NCBI RefSeq assembly: GCF_006345805.1 | Contig: NC_043005.1 | Span: 87,358,001 to 87,422,000, forward strand | Direction: 5' to 3' | Length of the DNA stretch: 64,000 bases | Source: Octopus sinensis | Taxonomy: Eukaryota | Part shown: in pieces, positions 27,070-42,084 of the stretch | Layout: every line of letters starts with the position of its first letter | How positions within the stretch are numbered: the first letter of the stretch is position 1 | The notes under the pieces: generated by a model | What the model saw: only the letters and a program-made list of their open reading frames with translations | Database searches by the model: none | What the model was told of the DNA's origin: nothing | Program-made: the position numbers and the translations under genes

Positions 27070-27225
27070 GGTGCCGGAGTGGCTGTTTTTTATGTAGCTT
27101 GCTTACCAACCAAATTGTCCCGGGTTCAGTCCTACTGAGTGGCACATTGCAAAAGTGTCTTCTACTAGAGCAAATTCTTGTGACTGGATTTGGTAGACGG
27201 AAACTGAAAGAAGCCCGTCGTATAT
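27070..27225 (+). mobile_element. SINE family C head
   Basis: gtggctg...tagcttgcttaccaacc...cccgggttcagtcctactgagtggcac...ggatttggtagacggaaactgaaagaagcccgtcgtata; further copies at 31255-31400, 36060-36200 (-), 42850-43030 and 52985-53135. Confidence 0.8.
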
Positions 27226-27462
27226 ATGCACACATTTATCTATGCTATGTACGTATATTTATATATACATGCGTGTGTGTGTGACTGTATATAAGAATAC
27301 TTATACATATATTTACGTATGCATTTCTGAAAACGTGTGCGTATGAGCGTGTATCTAGTTGAACGTAAAAACCCATATACTTGGATGTGCGGGTGTGAGC
27401 GCGTATGATAAAGTGCGTATATACATACATATATATATATATGTATATATATATATACATAT

Positions 27463-27775
27463 GGAGGCGCAATGGCCTAGTGGTTAGGGCAGCGGTCGTA
27501 GGATCGCGGTTTCGATTCCCAGACCGGGCGTTGTGAGTGTTTATTGAGCGAAAACACCTAAAACTCCACGAGGCTCCGGCAGGGGGTGGTGGCGATCCCT
27601 GCTGTACTCTTTCGCCACAACTTTCTCTCACTCTTTCTTCTGTTGGTCTGCTCGCTTAGCCAGCAGACCAACAGGGGTGGCGTCATTTCAAGGCTAAAAC
27701 AATGCGAAGCGCATTGTGACCAGCGATGTGTAACAACATCTGATAGCCTGGTCGGTCACGGTGATCACGGTGATA
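27463..27775 (+). mobile_element. SINE family B
   Basis: ggaggcgcaatggcctagtggttagggcagcgg...gtttcgattcccagaccgggcgttgtgagtgtttattgagcgaaaacacc. Confidence 0.88.
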
Positions 27776-29175
27776 TATACATATGAATCTGTATATGTAT
27801 ATATGCGTATGAGTATGAATACAAAAGCGTTTTTCGTCTAAGTATTATCTTCCTCTCTACTTCATTTTCTTTCTCAACACTTACCACGGCGATGGCTCAT
27901 TACGTCATTTTCTCTAAACTAGAATTCTCACGTTGATATTTGAATTATTCGCGTTTCAAATTTTCTCCGTTTTTTACTCATTCCCAAAGTTGACGGACAT
28001 TTAGCGATACGTAAAACCGAATCTCTAGTGAGACTTTAAATTTTATTTGTTTATGTACCCAGAACGGGTCGAAACATGTGTCGTACTAAATCAAATCTTT
28101 TTTCCCATCTATTTCGTTAATACTGATATAAATATATACTGAAATTCTAAACCATTTTATCTTACTCATTTACCCACTATATCATTTTGCTGATAATACA
28201 TTTGAATTAGATTCACACTTAACCTATACAGAACCATACTGTTATAATTCACTATCTATTTCATAGCACATGTAATGTACATTCTAAAGTCATGCAGAAA
28301 ATATATGATGCGTCTAGCATATTCCTTTAATTTAACTCATTAATACCAATAAATAACTATTTACTAACTAACTATAAATCTCTATTAATAAAAATTTGAT
28401 GTATATTTATATAAATATGAAATTATTTCTACATTTTCCATTCCTATATAAGATACTAAAATTATTAAAATCCTTTGAAATAAAACAATCTAAAAGATAT
28501 TTATTTCAAATCACAAGTAGGATTATGGCTGTTAAATAGTTAAATATTGGAAGTTTCTATTCTCCCTACCCCATCAGCTTCAGCCTACTAACTTTTGCTG
28601 AAATACATTCAAATCTACCAGAGTTAGGTTCTTCAAAAAGAGCTTGATTTATGGCTCTGCTACTTAAACTGCCTCTTCCTCTATCTATAAATAGATAAAT
28701 TCTAGGGTTTGTCTCCACTGAACTTAAGAGAATAATATCAAACCCCCTCCCCAATAGTAAATCTAAATAACAAAGTAAATTCAGCTATAAGAAATATATC
28801 CATGATTAAATATCATTTACTACTATGTTTCTGTTGATGAGACTTGCCTCTCTGTCTATATACCTACACTCTTTTTAATGTTAGCAAATGGAATAAGTAT
28901 AAAAAGGAATCTCGTCAATTTAACTAAAAAATTCCATATGCAGCTGAAGATTGCTCTACATTTTAAAACTGATGCAATACTTGCCTTGTTTAATTAAATG
29001 AAGACGCATGAAACGATTGTACTACACTACTTTTGGATATCCTTGTTGCTTATTTTGATTATAGTGTGTGTGTGTGTGTGTGTGGTGTGTGTGTGTGTGG
29101 TGTGTGTGTGTTGTTTCTTTATTTTCTGAAGCAACGGAAACTGAAATCATGCAGATAGGAAGCAAACTATTCATA

Positions 29176-29222
<47 letters not shown>

Positions 29223-31047
29223 ATTCATATAGATAGATGGATTGATGGGTGGATAGATAGATAGAAAGATAGATGGATGGATTGTGGGATGTAATTCGTG
29301 AAAAATAAACACCCTATTCATGTATATATACTCACTAGCATCGACAAATATACTTTGAGTTTCAATAAAGGTACGAAACTTACCGAGTCATAGCCAACAA
29401 TTTTCAAGCAACACTATACCGAAAGATATCTGAATACAATTGAAACTGCGCTTGTCACTAGCACATCACTAGCACAGAGCCACACCACTAGATAGGCCAT
29501 AATCAGCTTGGTATTATTTTCTAAGATATGGAATGCCAATATCGTCAGAGCAGGATGAAATTATTATAACGTTGTACAGAAAGTCCCCGAGAAATATAAA
29601 ATGGTTCTTAGACCTATCTATGACTTTTAAACTAGTATGGCTGCAAATGAAAGTAGCCTAACTATCAACTGATATTTGACTCACACAAATTACGAGCTGT
29701 CTGTAGAAAGATGTTTGTAAGGACGGTAAGTAATTATTCACAGATAATTCCGGAAATATCCTAAAATAGGATTTATTAACATATTTGTTATCACAAGAAT
29801 TTCCTTGGACATGAACATCTAAATATTAATGTATATAGATCTATGCATACGTCTAGATGTGCATATTTAACATTTGCGATTTGTCAAACGCTTCAAGTAA
29901 TTTTATAAACAGTCGATTGCATGAAACTCAGAAATTTCTCTTGAAAATTTTATCCAAAATTTCAACAGACTATTTTCTTTTAACCATTTACGACACTTTC
30001 AATCTCACAAATGCAATCTCGTATTTATTTTCGTCGCGTGATTTCGCTCTTATCCACGATATACAGGGAGATTCTTCCTGTTAATATTTAATGGCGTTGG
30101 ACCATTGACGTATTCTTACACACCTACAAAGCAGCATTTGCTAAATTCTGCATATTTATACATGAAGAGGTGGAATAATATTCTTGATATACATAGTGAA
30201 CTTACCACTGTATTGTGTGTCCACTGAAAGAATGTCTTTTTTGGATTCTGAATAGAGAAAGGTTTGTGAAATCTGTTCATTGAGAGCCTTCATTCATTCT
30301 ACTTTGGCGTATATTGTCCGTATTGCTATAGCTCTCTGTACCATCAATATTTCATCCTTGTCATATAAAGGTAGGAATAAGAGTATTCGACTCACGATCG
30401 TATGTTTGTGAGTTCGATTTCCAGCGGTGCAATGAGCCCTTCAGCAAGACGCTTTATTTCACGTTATTTCAATCCGCTCAGCTGGCAAATCTGAGTTGTA
30501 CCTGCAATTTAAAATACCAGCTTTGTCATATTATGTGTCAAGCTCAATCTCCTTGAGAATTATGTAAGAGGTTACGCGTGTCTGTGGTGCCCTCAGTCAC
30601 TTGCTCGTTAATTTCACGGGCAAGCTGTTCCGTTGATCGGATCAACTGGAACCCTCAACGCAGTAACCAATGGAGTGTCAGTTTGTTTCCCTGTTTATTT
30701 CATCATCGCCATCGTCACGGTTATCAATCATCCTTATCAACATTTTCATATTTACGTATTATTAGTATTATGACTGTAATTTTTAACCGCGTTGTGTGTG
30801 TGTACATATGTCTGTGAGTATTTGCCTGTGTGTTTATATGTATTTCGCTCTCACCACCGCTTGACAAGTGGCGCTAACTTTTTTCATGTCTCTCTTGTAA
30901 CTTAACGGTTCGAAAACGAAAATTTAGAATAGAAACCGGGCTTTGAAAATATGTCATAATAGAATCTTCAGGTGTCTTAGATTGGCAGCAATACAACGAT
31001 TGATAAAGATAAAATGTAAAATACCTCCACACAAACACACTCACATA

Positions 31048-31132
<85 letters not shown>

Positions 31133-31751
31133 ATATATATATATGTATATATATGTATATATAGATATGTATATATATTTATATGTATATATAGATATGT
31201 ATATATATTTATATGTATATGTGTGTGCATGTATTTTTGTATAGAGAAGTGCAAGTAGTGTGAAAAGTAACTTGCTTCCTAACCACTTGGTTCGAGGTCC
31301 AGTCTCACTGCGTGGCACCTTGCGCGTGTGTCTTCTACTGTAGACTCCGGCAGACCAAGGACTTGTAGTTATGGAAGTAGAGAAAGGAAAGAAGTCCATC
31401 ATGCGTGTGTGTGTGAGTGTATGTGTGCACGCGCGCGTGCATGCGCCTTTGAGTTCCTGCTTGTCCTCCGCCCAGCGCTTGATGACCGTAGTAGACTTCG
31501 TTGCTACAGATATGAAACATCAGCATCGATAGGTCTGATATGGAAAATTCAGTTTTCAGGGCTCTCTTTTAATATTAGTGAGAATATTTCTGTCTAACAG
31601 ATGTTAAACGGTCTAGAAATTTTAAAATACATTTTCTGCTTTCACCATTTCGAACTCACGAAATTTGCAATATATAAATATACGTATGGAAGATATCCAC
31701 TGGCATCGCCTTTATTTGATAAATTAGATTCCTCAATAAGCATACACACAA

Positions 31752-31808
<57 letters not shown>

Positions 31809-31968
31809 GATAGATAGATAGATAGATAGATATATAGATAGATAGATGCATACATACATACATACATACATATATATATATATACATATAAATTTGACAT
31901 GGGCGATTCTTTCTTGTGTGTGTATGTATATATATACATATACATATGCATATATATATATATATATA

Positions 31969-32017
<49 letters not shown>

Positions 32018-32674
32018 ATGTATGTATGTGTGTATGTATGTATGTATGTATGTATGTATGTATGTATATGTATATATATATAAGTAATCTAGAGATAGTT
32101 GAAAGTGTGGTGAAAATATTACAAGACAATGAAAATAAAAATAAAAATAAAAAGATAAACGAAAGCTGAATCATGACTTGACAGAAAAATATATGGGATG
32201 GACAGTATAATAAAAAAAATAAAAATGAGAACAGCGTGATATCGAAGCCGACATAGATATTGTGGTACTTCAGTGACTAGGCCAGAAGTCTCTGTTCAAT
32301 AGAAGCGTATGATGTGGGATGTCTCTATTCTATAGTCTAGAATCTACGAAGTAATGTCTGAAAAGATTATTAATAAAATAGTAAATAAGTAAAATGGTGA
32401 GATAAATGTATAGGTAGAAATAAATATGGGAGCACGCATATTAATCTTTCTGTATCGCTGTCTACCCCGTCTCCCCCTGTGTGTGTCTCTCTCTTTCTCT
32501 TTCTCTCTCTCTCTCTTTCGCTCTGCCCCTCTCTCTCCTTATCTATCTATCTGTTTGTCTATATCTTTTTTAACTCTAATTTCGTTGCATACATACCTAC
32601 ATGTAAGTATATATATATATATATATAAAGAGAGAGAAGAAGAGAGAGAGATGGATACATACATACATACAGAT

Positions 32675-32679
32675 AGAAC

Positions 32680-32770
<91 letters not shown>
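32675..32770. repeat. (GATA)n microsatellite
   Basis: Directly visible; also 34295-34475 and 58165-58230 (as TATC). Confidence 0.97.
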
Positions 32771-34222
32771 GCAGTTCAGGGGGCAATTCCTTAATAGTGA
32801 CTGGTCACTCTTATCCCTGTTGGGATTCATCAGACTGTGAAGGGAAATGGGAGTTGTATTAATAATTAATTGACTGAGTATGTTACAGCGTGTCCGTATG
32901 GTATGTATATGTGTGTGTGTGTGTATGTGTGTATTTTTTGCTGTGCAAGTAGGTGAAGGTGGGGGCATTCCATTTATTACTTAACAAAAATAGTATTGTA
33001 CTTGAAATGGTTTTCCTTTTGACAATTTTTACCGTATAAAACCATAAAAGCGACGGGGTCAAGTATAGAATAATAAATATACGAATAAAATGGTCGTTGA
33101 TTTCTTTCATAGACACGAGAGGAAGTTATTTGGCAGCAGGGGTCCGTCCATTACATATAACAGACGTTCACTTGAAAAACTTACTTGTCTACAGCATCCG
33201 CTATTCTCATTTGTTTTGATTTCAAGCCTAAGTTCTCATAAGCGTGTCTACCTCTTTTCTATGGCGTATAAATAGGCGAGATGGGAACAGTTCCTCTGTA
33301 AGGGATGTCGGTCCATTTCGGGGAGCAGAACCAGAAACTTTAAGGGAAGGGCAAATTGATTGCATCGGCCTCAGTGCAAGTCTGCTACTTTATAAAGTGG
33401 AGACCAAATGGATGAAAAGCAAATCTGAACTCGGTAAGGGTTTGAACTCAGAAAGTAAATACGGATGAAATGCTGCTAAGCACTTCATCCACCGTTTTAA
33501 AGGTTCCACTAACTCGCTGTAACCATTTCTATAGACAGGAATATAAAAATAGTAATTTATTACATGGACACATAGATATTCACAAAATAAACTGTACCTG
33601 GATTGAGTTCTATCTCATAGCCTAAGGAGACGTTACTAAAACGCTCACAGCATTTCGCCCAATGTGGTGTGGCCAAGGTAATTATATTTTCGTTACACTA
33701 TGAGGGACTGGAAAAAGAGGGACACATATAATATAAGCCCAAGCAATTTCCTTTCCTCCCTCTTCATTTAAGCACTCCTTTGTGTTATCTATACTGAGTT
33801 TCTTTTGTTGTCAACCACTCTCGTATATATGGGCAAAATGTCTTTTACTATTGCCCCGAGCCGACCAAAGTTTTGTAAGTGGATTTGATAGATAGAATCT
33901 GAAAGAAATCCATTACATAGGTATTATATATGTGTGTGTGTGTGTGGTGTGTGTACGTAAATGTCGAACAATTTTATTTACCACTGCATTGGTAAATAAA
34001 ATTTCTTTATTTGTGTATTAAGTCTAGCATTAGCTTCATGTAAAGAAAAATACTTATTATCTTAACATGAAACCAATGATAGCCTTAATACACACACACA
34101 TAGACACACATACACAGGCGTAAATAGATAAGGACAAGCAGAAGAAAAAACACAAGGACGTGGTACAGGCAAATAAAAGAGGAAAAAATCGCCAACGATT
34201 CACTTGTGGCTACATTATATAT

Positions 34223-34391
<169 letters not shown>

Positions 34392-34402
34392 CATACATAG
34401 AC

Positions 34403-34473
<71 letters not shown>

Positions 34474-34676
34474 TGGATAGATAACTGTATAATAATATAT
34501 CAGAATAATATATATTCTCCGATTTCAAGCGATAATTTTTAAATACAAAGAAATGATCGAAAAATATCGCACCACCAAATCAACGCTAACCAAATCAGCG
34601 CTAACATATTTATATTATGAGTCTTCCATGGTAGCTTTCTCTCCGTATCTGACAAAGCCTTTGTGGTTTTTTTACA

Positions 34677-34714
<38 letters not shown>

Positions 34715-35234
34715 TGTGTGCATGTATCTACGTCCGTGTTTGACCGTGTGTATATATGTGTGTGAACTGCTTGTATGAAATTATCTTGTAGTCAGAAGGT
34801 AAAAATCGAACACTAATTGCAAGAGAGCATCCTGATGACCACCCACCCGATAACTTTGACAAGTTCTGAATAACTTTTCTTTTTTTAAATTCATATTTTC
34901 TATTTATTTCTGTATCTGTAACAAAAATTGAAAAAAAAATTACATTTATTCTATATAAAAGAATGCAGTGCAGATTATGAAGCGGGTATAAAGAGGGACT
35001 CATACAATGAAGAATGAGGGGGAAATAGTTACGAAGATAATGAGAAGTATAAGTAGCATAGTTAGAAGATTATGTAAAATATTTTGCAGTATTTCCGCCT
35101 AGGATTTGTTTTTATCTTATCTCTTGTATTAACTCCAAAAATTGGCCTGAGGCACTTGAATAATTTTAGTCGAACCAATCGACCTCATAGTAAAGATTGT
35201 TTGCCAACATAACATGGAAGTCCTGGTTTAGGAC

Positions 35235-35454
35235 GAGTGTTACTGTAATTTAGCCCCAAGAGACATCGTCTCCACCTGGTTATACGTCAGGATCTGAGTA
35301 CATATATTTTCGAACAAGGGAATCTAGCACCCACCACTCAGCTCAAAACAATATCTGTGTATCGCGATTGGAGGTACTAGATTCCCTTACTCAGATCATG
35401 TCATATAGCCATCTGGAGACGATGTTTCCTGGGGCTAAATTACAGCAAACAATC
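35235..35454. mobile_element. ~220-bp foldback element / MITE-like hairpin
   Basis: Arms 35235-35284 and 35404-35454 are ~50-bp inverted repeats; inner pairs are gatctgagta/tactcagatc and aagggaatctagcacc/ggtactagattccctt. Confidence 0.8.
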
Positions 35455-38400
35455 TTTACTACAAAATGCTGTTCCTGAATGTCTCTCGTTGTGAGATTTC
35501 AAATTAGTAATTTTCTAAATCGACCTCAGTACTTACTCTTTTTTGCTCAAAGCCTCATAGTTATTCAATCAGTTCTTTTGCCGAACTGCTACGTTATGGA
35601 TACGTTAATTCCACCAACACCGAAAGATGGTGGGAGTCAAACACATACACAGACACAAATACACACACATACGCACGAACACACACGCACACACATATAC
35701 ATACACACACAAACAAACTTACACACACACACACACTCGCATTCCTCGTCTCACAATTCCACTCACAAGGATTTGTCTGCCTGAGGCTAAAGTAAAAAGC
35801 GTTTGCGCAAGATTCCACTTGATGGGATTGAACCCGGAGCCAAGTGGCTGGCAAGAAAACTTGTTAACACACAGCTACGCGTGCGCCAATGTTCTGAGTT
35901 CAAATTCGGTCAAAGACAATGACGAACGCAAATTTATAATTCTTCACTCCGGGGTCGATAAAATACAGTACCAATCAAATATTGGAATTAACAGTAACGA
36001 ATAACCATGCCATCGATTGCTTGTCTTCTAATTAAATTAGAAGTAATCAATGTTAAAGCCGTCTACCAAATCCGTTCACAAGGCATTGGTCGGCCCGATG
36101 CTATAGTAAAAGACACTTGCCCAAAGTGTCACGCAGTGGGACTGAACCCGGAACATGTAGTTGGTAAGCAATCTCCTTACCGCACAGCCACGCCTGCGCC
36201 TATTTCATTCCAAATATATATTTAGTAATTATTGATATAATTGATGGTGCATTAAATTTCAAATGCCTCCGTTGTCTTCATTTTCCTAAAAACTAGTAAT
36301 AGTGTTTGAAGGCGCGTGGTTAAGTGGTTAGGTGTATTCAGCTCACGATCGTTAAGTCTTGAGTTCGATTCCTGGCGGCGCATCATGTCTTTGGGCGTGA
36401 TATTTTCCTTTTCTTTCACGTAGCTCCACTCCATTCAGTTGGCAAAAATGAGCGGTACTCGTATTTCAAAACGGCTAGCTTTGAAACATTCAGTGACACG
36501 CTGAATTTCCCTGAGAACTACGTTGAGAGTACGCGTGTTTGTGGAGCATTCAGCCACTTGCACGTTAATTTCCGTTGATCAGATAAACTGGAACACTCAT
36601 CGTCGTGACTGACGGAGTACCAGTTAGCAATGATGACGTTTCTACCAACTTATATTTACAGAATTAAAATGAAAGACAATATTTTCTACTACACTAAACA
36701 CTTTTATATATTTATCCGAATACTAGACTTGATGGAGAATTCTTATCATAAAAGACATTCCCTCCATGACATTGACATCTAAGTATTCGTCATTGAATAT
36801 TTACATCATCAAAGTGCGAGGCCAAGTGTGTAGTTTATTGCACTCATGATGATAAGAGCATTGTTTCGATTCTCAGATCAGGTTGTTCATTGTGTTATTA
36901 AGCAGAAGATTTCATTTCCTGTTGCCCCAGTCAACTCAGCTGTAAATGCATAAACCTGCAACGGACTTGTGTCACGTTTCAGAGAGGTTGTTGTAATTTT
37001 CGTCACTTATCCGCCATGAAACCCGGGTTGCCGTCCCGTAAATCGTAAGACTCCAGAATAAGACTTACCATATTTAAATCTTTGTTTCCCAAAATGTCTT
37101 CTATATTTCTGTAAAATGTAGTTTATGATTTTACACATAATTGGTTTCTATTTCTCTCGGGTCACATTGTTTCGTTATTATCGACTAAGCAAATGTGATA
37201 TTCAGTGGATTTCACGACAATAACGAACATGTTTTTAAAAAGAAGCAAACACAAGAATAAATAAAAGCGGAGATATTTGAATTCGATTCATTTATATTGT
37301 GAGGTAAGCCATGCCATACAAATCAGAGATTTGCTTGCTATTATTGATAATTAAACATAAAAAGAATGTTAATTTCTTGAATAAAATCAAGTAAGAGAAT
37401 GTCGCATTCATTCATTTACATTTACGAAGCAATTCAAATGTATTCATTACGGAAACGAAAACCAAAAACAATAAATAATTCTTAGCTAAGAATTACCGAA
37501 GTGAGAAAGGTTCTTTCTTGTTGAAAGAAAAAAAGAAAAAACATCTTTAACGTTAGCAATTACGTCATAAGATTTCATATAAATCATTTCAGCATTTAGG
37601 AAGGAAGTAAATTACCATCGAAAGTTGACGACTACAACTGCTTCTCTATTTTTTTTTTTTGGCTTTTTATTGCTATTATTGTTATATTTCTAATAGTCAT
37701 TGTCCTCCTCATCATCACCGTCATTGCAATCGTGAATGTCATTATTGTCACTGCTTTAATTACACGGCGTTTAAGAAACCTATTGAAGATCTAATCGTTC
37801 CATCAGTGCAATATATAAGCAGCATCTTTCTCAATTAATTGGTTGCGGATTTTATTTAAAATGAGAACAACGCATTTGAAGACATCTACCAATAAGTTCA
37901 CCATTAAAAACCTCATTGACGCCAGCGACAAATGATTCCTGACTGGTCAGTGAGCAGGCAAAAACTAACGAAAACGTCTTTTTAAAATACCATCATTTCT
38001 TATTCAAACGTAAGGGCAAAATAGATATTGCAGTCCTTACGTTGAAATAAGGCAACATGAGGGGACAAACACGCCTGGTAATCGAAGGTTGAGTTCTCAT
38101 GGCTGAATGTGCGACATCAAATGGATGCAACACTGTGTTGAGTGAATCAGTTTTGAAGACACGTGGCATAGTGGTTGGGGTGTTGGTTTCACAACTGTAA
38201 AGGTCATTAGTTCGATTTCCAAAGACGCGTTGTGTCCGTGAGCAAGACACTTTATTTCAGGTTGCTCTAGTCCAATTGGCTAACAAAAATGAGTTTTACC
38301 TGTAATTCTAAAGGCCAGCCTTTTCAAAGTTTGTGTCACACCGAATGACTCTGAGAACTACATTTAAGAGTATGCGTGTCTCTAGAGTGCTCAGCCGTTT

Positions 38401-39597
38401 ACACATTAATTTCACGAGCAGGTTTTTCCGTTGATGGGGCCCGACTGTAACAGTTGTTGTCGTAAGTGACAGAGTGCAAGTTAATGAGTTAGGATATTTG
38501 TGAGGATTGCAGCTGCGATGAGTATATCAAAATAAACATAAATTAATAGTTTAAGAGGTTGTAGTGACTGTAACCAGTAAATGTTGTATGTCTGCATTAT
38601 TTTAAGTCCGTATTACTTCAGCTCTCCGATTGATCTTCTCTCCTGTGTGTGAGACGTCTTGTTCTCTTAAATTATTTAGTATTTAGTATTTCTGCATAAG
38701 ATTAACCTTGTTCCAACAAGAAATCTTTAGTGCAGTGTTTTAACCACCATTTAAATAATTCAATTTTCGCTTCTGTTTCGGCAACTACAAAGAAGTGATA
38801 TTAAAATCTATATTCCGAGACGGGCATATAGTTTAAATCAATCCTGATAATTACCTGTGTTCCGGAACTGATTTCATCAATACAAGATCGATCATCAATG
38901 ACGACGCTAGAAGCGATCAAACTGTGAGCAAAGCAGTCTTTAAAAAAATGATAATGGAAGAAATGGGACTCGCATGAGTTCTTGCCAACTTTGTTCTTCA
39001 TCCATTCGATGATGATGATGATGATATATGTTTAAATTTTCAGAAATAATTTCACTTAAACACCAAGTTATCTCTGGTGATGGTGTTTCCGCTTCAAAGT
39101 TTTACACTGATGAGATCTAAATGACAAAAATTGATCCGATCCAGCGTAAAAATCAATGTTGATACTTAATGTGTGCCTAAAATGCGCCTCGCTCCCAGAA
39201 TAGTTAATACCACAATGCTTTGCGGTATTCCGTCCGTCTTTACATTCTGAGTTGAAATTCCGCCGGGGTCGATGTTGCTTTTCATCCTTTCGGTGTCGAT
39301 GAAATAAGTACCAATCAAATATTATCGGTTAATGTAATCGAATTATGTCCTCATCCGAAATTGCTGGCGTTGTTTCCAAAAAATTTGAAATCAATTTGTA
39401 TGGCTAGAGATATCATAGGTTATACAAACTTTACTCTGCATCTTCTTCGAGATCTCTCATGAATTGTCTGAAACTAAGGTACATTGCAAGAAAACAACAG
39501 AGTACCCGCAATTCGAGACCCCTGGACCTGTAGGAAGCGAGGAGATAGATTTTAATTACGATTACTCTCATTTGTGTTCGAACGCGGAACGGTATTC

Positions 39598-39760
39598 ATT
39601 TAAATTCCGCCGAGGTCGACTTTGCCTTTCATCCTTTCGGGGTCGATAAATTAAGTACCAGTTACGCACTGGGGTCGATATAATCGACTTAATCCGTTTA
39701 TCTGTCCTTCTTTGTCCCCTCTGTGTGTGGCCCCTTGTAGGTAATAAAGAAATAGGTATT
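39598..39760 (+). mobile_element. SINE family A, 5'-truncated
   Basis: aattccgccgaggtcgactttgcctttcatcctttcggggtcgataaattaagtaccagttacgcactggggtcg...taataaagaaata. Confidence 0.88.
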
Positions 39761-40034
39761 CTCAGGTGTGGGGGAGGGGTCCACTCATTTTTGAGAAAGC
39801 CGCGGGAAAGGCAGCTTTTCTAAAATAAAAGTAATCCGACATAAAGAAGTTGCGGTCAAAACACTATCAGTCATCTTGTCACAGGCACCTGCTATGGCGG
39901 CTGAAAGAGGGGCAAATGTATTGATCAAATTGAAATTCAATGGCGTACAGATGTCTCGCTATCATGTTTGAGATGGCTATCGTCTGACAAAATCAGGCAA
40001 CCATCAAAATCATCCACCTTAGCAGCAGCTGTAG

Positions 40035-40086
<52 letters not shown>

Positions 40087-40111
40087 TATATATATATACA
40101 CACATGTGTAT

Positions 40112-40145
<34 letters not shown>

Positions 40146-40219
40146 GATATATATATATATATACATGTGTATATATATATATATATATATACATGTGTGT
40201 ATATATATATATATACTTG

Positions 40220-40274
<55 letters not shown>

Positions 40275-40542
40275 GTATGTATAACATTTGTACATATACA
40301 GTTATATATGTATGTCTGTGCATGTAGTACACATACCTACATGTATATGTATATTGATACTTAATGTGTGCCTAAAATGCGCCTCGCTCCCAGAATAGTT
40401 AAAACCGCAAAGCATTGTGGTATTACATGTGTGTGCAAGTGTGTGCGCGCGTGTATGCGTGTATGTGTGCATATTCTATTTCATATGTGTTTGAGTTTCT
40501 GTAATGTGTGTATACATACACAGACACAAACATATATATGTA

Positions 40543-40586
<44 letters not shown>

Positions 40587-42084
40587 CTAACATTTTAAAT
40601 TAGAATAAAGCTAAAAGAATTTAAAACAATTGGCAAAGAATCTATGTAATCATTAAAGAAGCTGATAAATAAATTTATTTACAAAGCTGTCCTAATTTCA
40701 GGCTTTCTTCTTTTTTCATAGTTTTTTTCCTCGTTTTCTTTGTTCTCATCTAACTTTCCCCTTACTCAGAGCTCGCCAGTCTTGCTTTCACACATCTTTC
40801 ACCAAGCTTCTCTTTTTATTACTTACTTCTAACGTCATTATATTTTAGTATGAAATTCTATCAAGAAGCACATCGTACTTTTCCTTCGTATGTGACCTTT
40901 GCAAATGAGATTGCTCTCTTCAAGTCTAAAAGACAGAACACACGGGGTGTAAGATGAATAAATTGCAATATAACAGTTGGTGCAGAGATATAATGAAAAT
41001 ACGCGAGAAGGAGAACAGCACTTATCAAATTTTATCTAAGTTTCAGTCAATTTATTTCAAATTTCCTTTAAATTTTCTCCAGATTACTTTTGATTTCATT
41101 TAAATTCATTCGTTTTCTATCATGTAATGAAATTTGCGTGATGTTAGGCCTTCTAAATCATGGTGTTACCTAATTTAATGCTGTTTCAGTTAGATACTAT
41201 TTCACACATCTAGTAAAACCATTTTAAATTCATCCGAAGGTTCCACATTAATTCCTGTTTTTGTGTGTGTGTGTGTCTGTGTGCGCGTGCGTGTCATCGT
41301 GCGTGCCTATGTGTGTCTTCTCCCGTGCGCGCGTTGAGTAAAATTGAGAGTGAATTTATAAAATTAAATGACTACAGCATTAAACTATAAAACGAAATAT
41401 AAAATTTGTTTCGTTTCTCTTTTCCACTCGTTATTACATTGGAATTTTGTACATCTTTCAATATTCATTGGCATTAAATTTCACTTTGCTCAAATATATT
41501 TGAGTTTAAATCTTGCAATTTCTGTCGCCTAATGAGAACAAAGCGTGTGAGGCCTCAAATTATCATTGGCGAATACAAGGGTCTTCATTGATTTTGCTTC
41601 ACTAAGCATAACCCTTATTTTGCTAGCAAAGAAATATTATTGATTGAATTCTTATCGTTCTATTAACACAATTTTTTTTCAATACAGCATTTGAAAGAGA
41701 TGAAATACTGGCACTCGGTCGGTGACGAGGATGAGGCTTCCAGTTAATACGAACAACAGGACAACCTACTCGTGAAATTAACGCGCAAGTGGCCGAGTGC
41801 TCCAAAGACTCTCGTACCATTCACGTCGCTCTCAGGGAGATTCTACGTGACGCAGTATGGGACAAGTCTGGTCCTTTTTTTAATTCTGGTACAGCTCATT
41901 GTTCCCAGCTGAATGGACTGGAGCAACTGGAGATAAAATGTCTTGCTGAAGGACACAACGAACGGCCGGTAATCGAACACTACGACCTTACAATCGCGAG
42001 CTGGATACACTTACCACTACGCCACGCGACTTCGCTCTCTGTTAGCAACATAACAGACGTAGCCACAAACAGTATATGCTAAGA

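Noticed and set aside
28566-28754. Non-repetitive 62-aa ORF as a host exon
   Set aside because: No recognisable domain or clear splice sites.
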